A DNA stretch of 32,391 nucleotides from Thioalkalivibrio sp. GTDB lineage: Bacteria; Pseudomonadota; Gammaproteobacteria; Ectothiorhodospirales; Ectothiorhodospiraceae. Under the pieces are notes generated by a model, which saw only the letters and a program-made list of their open reading frames with translations, did not search any database and was not told where the DNA came from. The translations under genes were made by a program, and so were the position numbers. This document shows, piece after piece, positions 9,989-23,556 of this stretch. Each line of letters opens with the position of its first letter. Within the stretch, counting starts at the first letter, position 1. The stretch lies in contig SLHN01000055.1 in the NCBI GenBank assembly GCA_007136145.1, positions 1-32,391 of the forward strand, read 5' to 3'.

Positions 9989-11329
9989 GTGCTTGCAAAT
10001 TCCCTGTGGACAGCTTGCCTGGATCGCCTGCAGGGTAAGCTTTCCGAGCAGCAGTTGAACACCTGGCTGCGGCCATTGCACGCACAGGAGTCGCACGGTG
10101 AGCTGCGGTTGCTGGCTCCAAACCAGTTCGTGCTCGAGCATGTCCGCGACCATTTCCTCCCCACCATCAAGACCACGGTCGACGAGGTCGCGCATGGCGA
10201 CCCCGCGTGGAAGGTCGCGCTCGGGATAGGTGGACCTGAAGCTGCACCGTCGGCCGGAGCAGCGACGCGCACGCCACGATCAGCGCCATCGGTGCGGCCG
10301 GTCGGTCCGGTTTCGAATCTCAACCCTGCGTTTACCTTCGAAGCCTTCGTTGAAGGTAAATCCAACCAGTTGGCTCGAGCCGCAAGTCTTCAGGTGGCCG
10401 AAAACCCTGGCGTCGCCTACAACCCGCTTTTCATTTACGGTGCGGTTGGGCTGGGCAAGACACATTTGATGCACGCCATTGGCCACCGAATCCTTGGCCG
10501 GATTCCACAGGGACGGATCATCTACCTGCATTCCGAACGCTTCGTCGCCGACATGATCAAAGCCCTGCAGCACAACGTCATCGACGATTTCAAGCAGCAC
10601 TACCGAACTGCGGACGCATTGCTCATAGACGACATCCAGTTCTTCGCCGGAAAAGAGCGCTCACAGGAAGAATTCTTTCATACATTCAATGCCTTACTAG
10701 AAGGTCAACAACAGATCATTCTCACATCTGATCGCTATCCGAAAGAAGTGGAAGGGCTTGAAGAGCGCCTCCGGTCGCGCTTTGGTTGGGGTCTGACCAT
10801 CGCCATCGAGCCACCGGAACTGGAAACACGGGTGGCGATTCTGCAGCGGAAGGCAGAACAATCGGGAGTCGAGTTGCCAAGTGATGTCGCCTTTTTCATG
10901 GCCAAGCGAATCCGGTCCAACGTCCGTGAGCTCGAGGGTTCGCTACGCCGGGTGATCGCTAATGCGCACTTCACCGGCAAGGCGATAACAGCTGATTTTG
11001 CCCGCGAGGCCCTTCGTGACCTGCTCGCGGTTCAGAGCAAGCTTGTGACCCTGGAGAACATCCAGAAGACGGTCGCGGACTACTTTCGTGTCAAGGTAAC
11101 GGACCTGCATTCGGCGCGCCGAAGCCGATCGATCACCCGGCCGCGACAGATGGCCATGGCCCTTGCCAAGGAACTGACTCAGCACAGCCTTCCTGAAATC
11201 GGCCAGGCGTTTGGAGGTCGAGACCACACCACGGTGATCCATGCTTGCCGAAAGGTGGCGGAGCTCCGCGAAGGTGATGCAAACGTCGATAACGACTACA
11301 AGATACTGTTGCGCACACTAAGCAGTTGA
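9989..11329 (+). CDS. dnaA: Chromosomal replication initiator DnaA
   Basis: [34 protein letters not shown] and the domain IV motif [11 protein letters not shown]. Confidence 0.98.
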   Translation: MLANSLWTACLDRLQGKLSEQQLNTWLRPLHAQESHGELRLLAPNQFVLEHVRDHFLPTIKTTVDEVAHGDPAWKVALGIGGPEAAPSAGAATRTPRSAPSVRPVGPVSNLNPAFTFEAFVEGKSNQLARAASLQVAENPGVAYNPLFIYGAVGLGKTHLMHAIGHRILGRIPQGRIIYLHSERFVADMIKALQHNVIDDFKQHYRTADALLIDDIQFFAGKERSQEEFFHTFNALLEGQQQIILTSDRYPKEVEGLEERLRSRFGWGLTIAIEPPELETRVAILQRKAEQSGVELPSDVAFFMAKRIRSNVRELEGSLRRVIANAHFTGKAITADFAREALRDLLAVQSKLVTLENIQKTVADYFRVKVTDLHSARRSRSITRPRQMAMALAKELTQHSLPEIGQAFGGRDHTTVIHACRKVAELREGDANVDNDYKILLRTLSS

Positions 11330-11539
11330 AACATTGTGGATAACATGTGCGTAGAGACAGGTCGTCGAATCCAGGGATTTACACACACGGGTTATCAACA
11401 GGATAGACACCGGTTGGAGTACCCCGGAATAAGACGTAAGTTACTGAAAATATAGAAATAATTTTTGTTTTTCCAGGAACTTCCGGGTGCTTATTACTAC
11501 TGTCCTTAATATATAAACAAATAATAGGGAACCTGACCA
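11330..11539. other. Replication origin oriC (dnaA-dnaN intergenic)
   Basis: Perfect DnaA box TGTGGATAA at 11335-11343. One-mismatch boxes TTACACACA (11379-11387) and TTATCAACA (11392-11400). Most AT-rich stretch in the window (about 11430-11526), containing TTATTACTACT trio-like repeats after a GC-rich patch. Confidence 0.82.
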
Positions 11540-12640
11540 ATGGAGTTATCGTTCAGTCGGGACAGCATGGCCGATGCTCTTCAACGAATCGTTGGAGCTG
11601 CCGAAAAACGGCTTACCATGCCCATTCTGGGGAATGTCCGAATTCGTTCAGCAACAGATGGCATTCAACTCGATACCACCGACCTGGAATTGGCATGGCT
11701 CGCAAAAACGACGGGTGAATCACCTCCGGAACTGGATTGCACCGTGTCTGTACGGAAGCTACTCGATGTAGTCCGAGCGGCACCGCCAGAGTCGACGATT
11801 CGGGCACACCTGGGATCAGACCGATTGTCGGTCGGATTTGGCTCGGCCCGCTTCAATCTGGCAACACTTCCGGGGGAGGACTTTCCGGAAATGGAGTCCG
11901 GTGACATACAACACTGGATCACGGTTCCGCAAAGGGTGCTCCGGCGCCTGATCGAAGCAACGATGTTTTCGATGGCGCACCAGGATGTGCGGTATTATCT
12001 TCAAGGTCTCCTTCTTGTCTCACAGGGAACGACCTTACGCGCGGTCGCGACTGATGGTCACCGGCTTGCGGTCAGCGAAGCCGATGTCGACCATCCCTTG
12101 GCGAAGGATCAGGAAAGCATTATTCCAAGGAAGGCGGTGCAGGAGTTACGGCGAAATCTTCTGGACGACGATACGGAAATGCAGTTAGGGTTCGGTCCAG
12201 GATTGATCGCATTCGATTTCGGGTCCGCGAGGCTGACCAGCAAGGTAATCGAGGGCCGGTTTCCCGATTACGAGCGCGTGATCCCGGTTGGACATCCGGC
12301 TAGGCTGACAGTGGAGCGAGAGGAGTTTCGGCAGGCCCTGAATCGTGTAGCGATCGTTGCGAACGAAAAGTACAGGGGTGTCAGGCTGCTCGCCGGTACC
12401 GATGGCTGCAGGGTCGTCACACACAATGCAGAGCATGAAGAAGCCGAGGAGACGTTGGCCGCCATCTATGAAGGTGAGTCGATGGAGATTGGTTTCAACC
12501 TGACTTATCTGCTCGAGGTACTGGGTGCAATTGCTGGAGACCAGATCAGGATTGAGCTTCGTGACGGTAACTCCTCGGCGTTGATACTTGCGGAGCCACC
12601 GGATCGTGCCCGCTATGTGGTCATGCCAATTCGCCTCTAG
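11540..12640 (+). CDS. dnaN: DNA polymerase III beta sliding clamp
   Basis: 366 aa with MPILGN, TTDLE, QDVRYYL, ATDGHRL, FPDYERVIP and C-terminal YVVMPIRL. Confidence 0.98.
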   Translation: MELSFSRDSMADALQRIVGAAEKRLTMPILGNVRIRSATDGIQLDTTDLELAWLAKTTGESPPELDCTVSVRKLLDVVRAAPPESTIRAHLGSDRLSVGFGSARFNLATLPGEDFPEMESGDIQHWITVPQRVLRRLIEATMFSMAHQDVRYYLQGLLLVSQGTTLRAVATDGHRLAVSEADVDHPLAKDQESIIPRKAVQELRRNLLDDDTEMQLGFGPGLIAFDFGSARLTSKVIEGRFPDYERVIPVGHPARLTVEREEFRQALNRVAIVANEKYRGVRLLAGTDGCRVVTHNAEHEEAEETLAAIYEGESMEIGFNLTYLLEVLGAIAGDQIRIELRDGNSSALILAEPPDRARYVVMPIRL

Positions 12641-12677
12641 AAGACCGGAAGACTTGGGTGTCGGGTAGTAGCGAGCC
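12637..12677. repeat. Degenerate inverted end of the mnmE/28.2-kb repeat family, starting at the CTAG that contains the dnaN stop
   Basis: GACTTGGGTGTC (12651-12662) and GTAGCGAGCC (12668-12677) match the reverse complement of the end of the 28211-28309 copy exactly, with a 4-nt indel between the two blocks. Confidence 0.6.
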
Positions 12678-13310
12678 ATCCAAACGGCCGAACTCAAGGA
12701 AAAAGGTCGCTGCGTCCCACCACGCTGTGATTGCGGCTAAAGGCGCTTGGCTCCTCGCGATCAAGAACTGATCAGCACTTCCCTGGAAACGGTAGCTCGG
12801 AATGGATTGCTGGTTGTGCCCTCCATTCCAGAGCGGGCCGTGGACCGGCGGACACTTATGTCAATGCGTGCTTGGAGGGAAGCCGTGGAGAAATGCGATG
12901 AGTTGTGTGGGTCGGCTGCAACCCGGGTATGGTTACCGCAGGGCCCGCGCGGTCTGGCTGCCGACGCACTGAGGTGCATCGGCTGGGCGAGTCCGAGCGG
13001 ATGTTTCCAGCGGAGCGGACAATCTCGAATAAGTGGTGCCAGTCGAGGGCATGTTCGATAACGAACTGAGCTGGGAGTTCCGATTTCGTTTGGACAAAAA
13101 TGTCCGGGGTCGTTGGTTCGCACGAATTATGGAATTCCGTGGTGGGTTGTGGATCCGATGCTTCTGTGGAAGCACAGTGTTGGCGTCCGTGGTTGGGAAG
13201 GACGGATCAGGGTCCGTGCCCGCTGCCGTTCGACGTTGACATGAGCAACCTCGAACTCCCGGTTGACACTTCACGCAGGGGGCTTTTGATTCCCTGTTTT
13301 GTGCAAAGTC

Positions 13311-14402
13311 ATGATCGTTGAGCTCTGGATGCAGGGCGTACGTAATCTTGCAGAGTGCCAATTGGAACCTGGCCTCGGGTTGAATGTGATTGTCGGGCCC
13401 AATGGATCCGGAAAAACATCCATTCTCGAGGCCTTCCATATCCTTGGACTCGGGAGGTCTTTTCGGACGAACCGTCTGGGGCGAGTCGTTTGTGCTGATC
13501 GGGCCGGCTTTTCAATTGCCGGTGACTTGATGGACTCCCATCACGAACGGTCACGCGTTGGCGTCGAGTGGTCTGGCGAGAGGCGGTCTCGGCTCAACGG
13601 TCAGTGGCTCGACGGCCATTGGGAGATTGCCCGTCGGCTGCCGATCCTTGCGGTTCATGCGGATTCATTTGCCTCGCTGGTGGGGCCGCCAGAGGAGCGC
13701 CGACGGCTATTGGACTGGGGTGGGTTCCATTTGCATAAGGATTTTCCCACTGAGTGGAAAACTTGGCGTCGTGCGCACGAACAACGGAATGCGGCGTTGA
13801 GAAATCATGAGGAAGCGTCTGCGAAGCGCTTCGAATTCCTGGCGGCAAAGTCAGGTGAGAGGCTCTCGGAGATGAGGGCGCGATTCGTGGCTTCGCTGGA
13901 AGAATCACTTCGGCATCCGACCCTTCGCGACCTGAAATCCGGGCTTAACGGTGAGATTCAAATTCGGTTCCGACAGGGATGGCCAGAAAGCGAGACGCTT
14001 GCTGAAGCGTATGGCCGAAGCCGGGTCAGCGATTTGGAACGTGGGTTCGGGCAAACAGGTCCACAAAAGGCGGACCTCGAGATCCGCGTGGGAGAGCGCT
14101 CGATCCGAGATATGTCGCGTGGGGAGCAAAAGCGTGTACTAAATGCACTGGTGGTATCCCAAGGGAATGTGCTCGAATCGAGAGCGCCGGGAGAAACCTC
14201 GCCGATACTCCTTCTGGATGACGCAGTAGCTGAAATGGATGAACCAGGGCTTGCCGGGATCATGAACATCGTCAAGGGTTCGGGTTGGCAGTGTCTGGTG
14301 ACAACGGTGGATTGCGACTGGGCGTTACATATAGCTACTACGAGAGACGATTCCAGAGTGTTTCACGTGAAACATGGTGTGGTCACGGTAGCGAAACAAT
14401 AA
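13311..14402 (+). CDS. recF: DNA replication/repair protein RecF
   Basis: VRNL, Walker A GPNGSGKTS, RSFRT, PEERRRLLD, signature SRGEQK and Walker B LLLDD. Located between dnaN and gyrB. Confidence 0.93.
   Translation: MIVELWMQGVRNLAECQLEPGLGLNVIVGPNGSGKTSILEAFHILGLGRSFRTNRLGRVVCADRAGFSIAGDLMDSHHERSRVGVEWSGERRSRLNGQWLDGHWEIARRLPILAVHADSFASLVGPPEERRRLLDWGGFHLHKDFPTEWKTWRRAHEQRNAALRNHEEASAKRFEFLAAKSGERLSEMRARFVASLEESLRHPTLRDLKSGLNGEIQIRFRQGWPESETLAEAYGRSRVSDLERGFGQTGPQKADLEIRVGERSIRDMSRGEQKRVLNALVVSQGNVLESRAPGETSPILLLDDAVAEMDEPGLAGIMNIVKGSGWQCLVTTVDCDWALHIATTRDDSRVFHVKHGVVTVAKQ
14359..14374. promoter_or_regulatory. parS centromere site (ParB binding) inside the 3' end of recF
   Basis: Perfect palindrome TGTTTCACGTGAAACA, the consensus parS; it encodes FHVK. 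Confidence 0.9.
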
Positions 14403-14410
14403 CTCGCAAG

Positions 14411-14426
14411 TGTTTCACGTGAAACC
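14411..14426. promoter_or_regulatory. Second parS site
   Basis: TGTTTCACGTGAAACC, 15/16 match to consensus, intergenic. Confidence 0.88.
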
Positions 14427-14606
14427 TTTCGACCGGCAACCGGAACAGACCTAGACAAGCATCGTTTCGACCGATTCAGCGGTGCGACAACCAATCGCGG
14501 CATTGGAGCCGGCATGTGCCAACTGTGCAGGCTGACGCGCCCCCGAAATCACGTGGAACGCTCGTTTTGATCCGGGCCGCCGCGACGCCGATGAGATTGT
14601 CGCTAA

Positions 14607-17165
<2,559 letters not shown>

Positions 17166-17631
17166 CGGGTGTAAGCGACTGTAGAGGAAGGCGTCTTGAG
17201 ACCGCGTTCCGAGGGCGTCACGGACGCGCCAGGCGCATTCAACAGCCGAAGGTTGGTCGGTTGAGCCAGCATCGCGAGGCGTCCAGGCGGGCGCCCCCGA
17301 TATCAATGCCTTATGGTTCGTCGCGTCTTGTCGCAGTTGTTGCTGTGAAGCCTACACATTGCTTCGTGATGATAGCGGCGATCCGCGCTTTCGCCCATAT
17401 GAACCAACGGGCAATGGAACGGCGTCAAAGTAGCAGTCAGGGATATGGTGGACAGTGTCTCCCAGGGTGATAATGGGAGATCTGGATCATGCTCCATACC
17501 GAGTAGGACCCCATCATCGGAGGCGCGGAGAGCGCCGGAGCAGCCCATGCGAGGGTCGTGCGTGTTCCGGAAATTCCTAACCGAAGCCCGTTCGGATTGA
17601 ATTTGTTCCTTCCTCCATTCAGGGAGTTGCT

Positions 17632-19677
17632 GTGTCGAATCCGCTTTTAGCCACCGAATCCTTGCCTGCATTCCGTAGTATTCGCCCGGAGCACGTCGAA
17701 CCCGCTGTCGACGCTGTTCTCTCCTCCAACCGCGAAGCGATTGCCACGCTGTTGGCGGAACTTCCTGATCCCCCTCGGTGGGACGACCTAGTCGTGCCGC
17801 TTGAGCGTCTCGATCTGCGTCTGGATGACTTGTGGTCCCCAGTGCGGCATCTCAACTCGGTGATGAATACGGATTCCCTGCGGTCCGCCTACAACGCCTG
17901 CTTGCCCAAGCTTTCCGAATACAACAGTGAGCTTTCGCAGAATACAGAGTTGTACCAGGCATTCGTCCGGCTGCATCAAGCCCCCGGGTTTGAACAGGAG
18001 TCTCCCGACCGACGCAAGCTGGTTGCCGATGCGCTCCGTGACTTTCATCTGAGCGGCGTCGACCTGCCAGAAGCTGACAAGAATCGCCTGCGTGCGATCA
18101 ACAGCCGATTGTCCGCATTGACTTCCCGCTTCGAGGAGAACGTCCTTGATGCGACGCAATCCTGGACGTTGCATCTACTCGATGTGGCACGACTGGAGGG
18201 CGTACCGGAGTCATCCCGGGCGATGCTGGCCCAGAACGCACGGGAACGAGGACTCGACGGTTTCGTAATTACACTCGATTTCCCCAGTTATCACGCCATT
18301 CTCACGCATGCTGATGATCGCGACCTTCGGCAGTCGGTCTATACAGCCTATGCGACGCGCGCCTCGGATCAGGGGCCCGATGCCGGTCGCTTCGATAATA
18401 GCGAGGTCATGCTGGAGATCCTCCAATTGCGGCAGGAGAAGGCGACACTCACCGGGTTCCGGCACCACGCCGAGCGGTCCCTGGCGACCAAGATGGCGGA
18501 CTCGCCGGAAACCGTGGATCGTTTCCTCCGAGATCTGGCAGCGCGGGCTCGACCCCGAGCCCAAGCCGACCTCGACGAAATGCGGACATACGCCCGTGAT
18601 CGGCTTGGCTTGAATGAACTCCATGCCTGGGATTTCGGCTATGTGGCCGAGAAGATCCGTGCCGATCGCCTGGGACTCAGTCAGGAGATGCTCAAGCCCT
18701 ACTTCCCCGCGGACCAGGTTGTGTCGGGTCTGTTCGACTTGGTGTCGAAGTTGTTCGGCATTCGGATCGAACCTGAGGAGGGTGTGGAGACCTGGCATGA
18801 CGATGTCCGTTTCTACACGATTCGGGATGCCAGTGGTGAGCAACGCGCCGGCTTCTACTTCGACCTGTACGCACGTACTGCCAAGCGAGGCGGGGCTTGG
18901 ATGGACGTTTGCCGAAGCCGCTTCGCAACCGCGGGTCAAATCAACATCCCGGTTGCCTACATGACCTGCAATTCGACCCCACCAGTCGACGGTAAACCAG
19001 CGCTTTTCACGCATGACGAGGTCATTACCCTATTCCACGAGTTCGGGCATGGGCTGCACCACATGCTTACACGCGTGGACCATCCGGAGATTGCCGGCAT
19101 CAGTGGAGTGGAGTGGGATGCCGTCGAACTCCCAAGCCAATTCATGGAAAACTGGTGCTGGGAACGCGCAGCACTCGACATGTTCGCCCGCCACTACGAA
19201 ACGGGTGCGCCGATGCCCCAAGATCTATTCGACCGCCTGCAGGGAACCCGGCATTTTCAATCTGCCTTGCAGTTGCTCCGACAGGCGGAGTTCGGGCTGT
19301 TCGATATTCGGCTGCACTCAATGGCCGCACCACAGTCAGCCGAAGCGATCCAGGAACTTCTGGCCCAGGTGCGTGACGAGGTGGCGGTCATCAAACCTCC
19401 AGTGTTCAACCGTTTTCAACATGGGTTCGCACACATTTTTTCAGGCGGTTACGCAGCGGGGTACTATAGCTACAAATGGGCAGAGGTTCTGTCCGCCGAT
19501 GCCTTCGCACGCTTCGAGGAAGAAGGACTCTTCTCGCCGCGCGTTGGAGCCGACTATCTCAGGGAGATTCTCGAGGTTGGTGCATCCAGGCCAGCGTTGG
19601 ATTCCTTCAAGGCATTCCGCGGTCGTGAGCCCAGGATCGACGCTCTGCTACGGCATAGCGGTCTGGAGGTTGCGTGA
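17632..19677 (+). CDS. prlC: Oligopeptidase A (M3 peptidase)
   Basis: MSNPLL, KRGGAWM, zinc motif [23 protein letters not shown] and [21 protein letters not shown]. Confidence 0.95.
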   Translation: MSNPLLATESLPAFRSIRPEHVEPAVDAVLSSNREAIATLLAELPDPPRWDDLVVPLERLDLRLDDLWSPVRHLNSVMNTDSLRSAYNACLPKLSEYNSELSQNTELYQAFVRLHQAPGFEQESPDRRKLVADALRDFHLSGVDLPEADKNRLRAINSRLSALTSRFEENVLDATQSWTLHLLDVARLEGVPESSRAMLAQNARERGLDGFVITLDFPSYHAILTHADDRDLRQSVYTAYATRASDQGPDAGRFDNSEVMLEILQLRQEKATLTGFRHHAERSLATKMADSPETVDRFLRDLAARARPRAQADLDEMRTYARDRLGLNELHAWDFGYVAEKIRADRLGLSQEMLKPYFPADQVVSGLFDLVSKLFGIRIEPEEGVETWHDDVRFYTIRDASGEQRAGFYFDLYARTAKRGGAWMDVCRSRFATAGQINIPVAYMTCNSTPPVDGKPALFTHDEVITLFHEFGHGLHHMLTRVDHPEIAGISGVEWDAVELPSQFMENWCWERAALDMFARHYETGAPMPQDLFDRLQGTRHFQSALQLLRQAEFGLFDIRLHSMAAPQSAEAIQELLAQVRDEVAVIKPPVFNRFQHGFAHIFSGGYAAGYYSYKWAEVLSADAFARFEEEGLFSPRVGADYLREILEVGASRPALDSFKAFRGREPRIDALLRHSGLEVA

Positions 19678-20444
19678 AGATAGCCACATGGAACGTCAAC
19701 TCTCTTAAGGTTCGGTTGCCGCAGGTGTTGCGCTGGTTGGAAACCGAGCGGCCTGACGTCCTGGCGCTTCAGGAAACCAAAGTGACAGACGAGAATTTCC
19801 CGCTTGAAGCGATCGCCGAGGCAGGGTACAAAGCCGCATTTTCCGGTCAGAAGACCTATAACGGAGTAGCGATTCTCTCGCGTTCTGAAATCTCGGATGT
19901 GGTCACGGACCCCCCGGGTCTGGACGATGCCCAGCGCCGCATTCTGGTAGCAACGGTGAACGGGATACGTATCGTCAACCTGTATGTGGTGAACGGCGAA
20001 TCCGTGGAATCGGAGAAGTACGCCTACAAGCTGGATTGGCTACGCCGGCTCCAGCTCTGGTTGAAGGACGAAGTTGTGGCCTATCCGCGGATGATCATCC
20101 TCGGCGATTTCAACATCGCACCCGAGGATCAAGACGTTCACGACCCCACAGCGTGGGAAGGGAAAGTGCTGTGTTCCAAACCCGAACGTGATGCGTTCCG
20201 CGGAATCCTCGATCTCGGATTCGAGGATTCCTTTCGGCTGCAGCAGCAACCCGAAGAGCAGTTCAGCTGGTTTGACTATCGGGCCGCATCCTTTCGCCGC
20301 AATCGTGGCCTCCGCATCGACCTTATCCTGGCAAGCGCACCATTGCTGCAACAGTTTCGCAACACTCGCATCGATCTCGAACCCAGAGCGTGGGAACGCC
20401 CCTCGGATCATGCACCAGTGGTTGCCGAATTCTCGAACCCATGA
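19674..20444 (+). CDS. xth: Exodeoxyribonuclease III
   Basis: [30 protein letters not shown] and PSDHAPV. GTGA overlap with prlC. Confidence 0.95.
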   Translation: MKIATWNVNSLKVRLPQVLRWLETERPDVLALQETKVTDENFPLEAIAEAGYKAAFSGQKTYNGVAILSRSEISDVVTDPPGLDDAQRRILVATVNGIRIVNLYVVNGESVESEKYAYKLDWLRRLQLWLKDEVVAYPRMIILGDFNIAPEDQDVHDPTAWEGKVLCSKPERDAFRGILDLGFEDSFRLQQQPEEQFSWFDYRAASFRRNRGLRIDLILASAPLLQQFRNTRIDLEPRAWERPSDHAPVVAEFSNP

Positions 20445-20555
20445 GCGAAGGCCGGGCCGCGCGCGCTGAGATATCCAGTATCGGACTCATCGACGACGTG
20501 CATCGCAGTAAATATCCAACCGCACCAGCCCGTGAACAGTGTGGCGAACCGTCCG

Positions 20556-21068
20556 TTAAAGCGCAGATGACGTTTTGCCATCCTTGCCGGTGTAATGGTC
20601 CATGACGCCCATCAGAACAGCGGAAATCACGAATGTGAGATGGACCACCACGTACCATAGCAGCTTGTCGTTGGGGATGGTCTCGATGTTCATGAAGGCC
20701 TTCAACAGGTGGATCGAGGAAATCGCCACGATTGCTGCCGCGACCTTCAGCTTCAGTGAACCGGCGTCGAGTTTGCCGAGCCACGATTCGCGCTTATGGT
20801 CGGCGACATTCAACTTACCGACGAAGGTTTCGTAGCTGGAATACATCACCATGATGATCAGGCCCGCTATGAGGACAATATCGATCAGCGCGAGTGCCAT
20901 CAGGATCAGATCCATCTCCCGGATCGTGAATATGATCGGTACCAGGTGTATCAGCTCCTGGTAAAACTTTATGGCAAGCGCCAAAAGCATGAAGCTCAGC
21001 CCGATATAGATCGGGGCCAGCAGCCACCGTGCCGCAAGCATAGCCTTCTCGAGGCCGCGTTCGATCAT
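20556..21068 (-). CDS. YqhA/UPF0114 (TIGR00645-like) membrane protein
   Basis: RWLLAPIYIGL, LALIDIVLIAGL, YETFVGKL and LKLKVAAAIVAISSIHLLKAFMN. Confidence 0.85.
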   Translation of the reverse strand: MIERGLEKAMLAARWLLAPIYIGLSFMLLALAIKFYQELIHLVPIIFTIREMDLILMALALIDIVLIAGLIIMVMYSSYETFVGKLNVADHKRESWLGKLDAGSLKLKVAAAIVAISSIHLLKAFMNIETIPNDKLLWYVVVHLTFVISAVLMGVMDHYTGKDGKTSSAL

Positions 21069-21132
21069 GTGATTTCCCCCTGGATTGGATGAGAGCCTAT
21101 TCTAGAATGTTTATCGAACGGGAACCCACAAC

Positions 21133-22596
21133 GTGAAATATCGAGACCTGCGTGACTTCATCGGATTGCTCGAGTCCCGGGGTGAGCTGCGCCGCGTTGC
21201 ACTCGAAGTCGACCCGAAACTGGAAATGACGGAGCTGTGCGATCGCGTTCTTCGGGCGTCCGGGCCCGCTTTGCTGTTCGAGAACCCGCGAGGCTTCGAA
21301 ATCCCCGTACTCGGAAACTTGTTCGGAACCCCCGAACGCGTTGCCCTGGGCATGGGCGCGGAGAACGTCGACGCCTTGCGCGAGATCGGCAAGCTACTCG
21401 CCTTTTTGAAGCAGCCGGATCCACCGAAGGGGCTCAAGGCCGCCTGGGAATCACTACCAATCTTCCGCAAGGTACTGGATATGGCACCAAAGCGGGTCCG
21501 CTCTGCGCCGGCACAGGAAAAGGTAATCGAGGCAGCGGATGTCGACCTTGCGCAACTGCCAGTCCAGACCTGCTGGCCCGGCGACGCGGGACCGTTGATA
21601 ACGTGGGGGCTGGTCGTGACCCGCGGTCCGAACCAGGCTAGACAGAATCTCGGCATCTACCGGCAGCAAGTCATTGGCCGCAATCGCGTGATCATGCGTT
21701 GGCTTTCACATCGAGGCGGTGCTCTGGATTTTCGTGACTGGGTTGCTGCATATCCGGGAGAACCTTTTCCGGTGGCGGTCGCGCTCGGTGCCGACCCGGC
21801 GACGATTCTTGGCGCGGTGACACCTGTACCGGACAGTCTCTCGGAGTACGCCTTTGCCGGCCTGCTGCGGGGTAGCCGCACGGAGTTGGTTCGGTGCCTG
21901 GGATCGGAACTCGAGGTTCCCGCGTCAGCGGAATTTGTCCTGGAGGGTCGAATTCATCCGGGCGACATGGCGCCGGAGGGACCGTTCGGCGATCACACTG
22001 GCTATTACAACGAAGTGGACGAGTTTCCGGTGCTCACCATCGACCGAATCACGCATCGCGAAAAACCGATATATCACAGTACCTATACCGGACGTCCACC
22101 CGACGAGCCCGCGATCCTGGGCGTGGCCCTGAACGAGGTTTTCGTACCGATTCTGCAGAAACAGTTTCCGGAGATATCCGATTTTTATTTGCCGCCCGAG
22201 GGCTGCTCGTATCGTCTTGCGGTAGTGAGCATGCGGAAACAGTACCCGGGACATGCGAAGCGGGTAATGATGGGGGTCTGGTCGTTCCTGCGCCAATTCA
22301 TGTACACGAAATTCGTGATCGTCGTCGACGATGACGTGAATACCCGGGACTGGAAGGATGTGATCTGGGCGATCACGACACGGATGGATCCCGCCCGAGA
22401 TACTGTTCTCATCGAAAATACACCCATTGATTACCTGGATTTCGCGTCGCCGGTCTCGGGCCTGGGCTCCAAGATGGGCCTGGATGCCACCAACAAGTGG
22501 CCAGGTGAGACGAACCGTGAATGGGGTCGCCCAATCACCATGGACCGGGCTGTGAAAGACCGGGTCGATGAATTGTTGCAACAGTTGCAACTGTAA
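21133..22596 (+). CDS. ubiD: 4-hydroxy-3-polyprenylbenzoate decarboxylase UbiD
   Basis: [40 protein letters not shown] and [11 protein letters not shown]. Confidence 0.96.
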   Translation: MKYRDLRDFIGLLESRGELRRVALEVDPKLEMTELCDRVLRASGPALLFENPRGFEIPVLGNLFGTPERVALGMGAENVDALREIGKLLAFLKQPDPPKGLKAAWESLPIFRKVLDMAPKRVRSAPAQEKVIEAADVDLAQLPVQTCWPGDAGPLITWGLVVTRGPNQARQNLGIYRQQVIGRNRVIMRWLSHRGGALDFRDWVAAYPGEPFPVAVALGADPATILGAVTPVPDSLSEYAFAGLLRGSRTELVRCLGSELEVPASAEFVLEGRIHPGDMAPEGPFGDHTGYYNEVDEFPVLTIDRITHREKPIYHSTYTGRPPDEPAILGVALNEVFVPILQKQFPEISDFYLPPEGCSYRLAVVSMRKQYPGHAKRVMMGVWSFLRQFMYTKFVIVVDDDVNTRDWKDVIWAITTRMDPARDTVLIENTPIDYLDFASPVSGLGSKMGLDATNKWPGETNREWGRPITMDRAVKDRVDELLQQLQL

Positions 22597-22619
22597 TGCG
22601 CCACGGGGCTCCGATGCGC

Positions 22620-23477
22620 CTACTGAGCCTGAAGACTCGCCTCGATGCCTTCCCGAGCGGTGTCATACCGCGGTGTCCATTTCAAAGCAGCGCGAATTCG
22701 ACTCGAGTCGATCCGCCGCTGCTCACGGAGGAAGCTTGCCATCCCGGGATGAGCTGCGTAGTAGGTAGCAAGGTCCGGGATACACGGCGGCAATTCCACG
22801 CCGATCCGCGCCGCCACGGCCCGTGCGAAATTCGTGCTGCTCATATGCTCGTTATCCGCCAGGTTGAAGAACCCCGTTGGTTCGTCGTCGTCCAGCAGAC
22901 GCAGGATCACGTCGACGATGTCGTCTCGGTGAATGCGATTACCCGGTGGGCAGATTTCCGGACATGGTACCTCCAGCCCAGCGCGGATCTGCTCCTCACG
23001 CAGTCTTCCCGGACCATAAATGCCGGGCAGGCGGATCACTGCCCATCGGGTTCCCCAGCGTTGCGCGGCATCGGTCAGCGCGCGCTCCGCGTCGAGCCGG
23101 CGAAGCGCCCGAGCGGTGCTGGCATGTAGCGGCGCGTCTTCATTCACCACCGCACCGTCCTGATTTCCATACACCCCGGTCGTGCTGGCATAGATAAAGC
23201 GTTCTGGAGGTCGGCTATCCAACACCGTCAGAAGCTTGCGCAGACGGGGATCGCCGTCGCCGTGCTTGGGTGGTGGCGCGAGGTAGACGATCCGACGCGT
23301 TTCCGCTTTACCAAGCTCGGGACTTGCGACATCCAGATCGACGCATGATACTCGGGGGTCGGCCTCCGGTTGGCGGCGGAGTCCCACCCACGGCACGCCG
23401 ATATCATCCAGGGCGTGGGCCAGTGCGTGACCCACATAGCCCAGCCCTGCAATCAGTATCGTTCCTTTCTTCGACAT
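22620..23477 (-). CDS. Atypical SDR / NAD-dependent epimerase-dehydratase (YeeZ-like)
   Basis: ILIAGLGYVG Rossmann motif, YASTTGVYG, RLPGIYGPGR and NRIHRDD. Start trimmed to MSKKG. Confidence 0.85.
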   Translation of the reverse strand: MSKKGTILIAGLGYVGHALAHALDDIGVPWVGLRRQPEADPRVSCVDLDVASPELGKAETRRIVYLAPPPKHGDGDPRLRKLLTVLDSRPPERFIYASTTGVYGNQDGAVVNEDAPLHASTARALRRLDAERALTDAAQRWGTRWAVIRLPGIYGPGRLREEQIRAGLEVPCPEICPPGNRIHRDDIVDVILRLLDDDEPTGFFNLADNEHMSSTNFARAVAARIGVELPPCIPDLATYYAAHPGMASFLREQRRIDSSRIRAALKWTPRYDTAREGIEASLQAQ

Positions 23478-23556
23478 CCCCACGACCTCATGGCTTGTTT
23501 GCGTTTGTTCTGTGATTGTCGACAATTCACGGCCAGCTCACCAGCGAGGCGATGTG

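Noticed and set aside
12747-13061. 104-aa ORF and neighbouring short ORFs in the dnaN-recF spacer
   Set aside because: TTG start without a clear RBS, atypical codon usage and no recognisable domain.
17597-17618. Sigma32-like promoter (TTGA-N12-CTCCAT) before prlC
   Set aside because: Plausible by analogy with E. coli prlC, but the match is imperfect and the implied start site would cut into the RBS.
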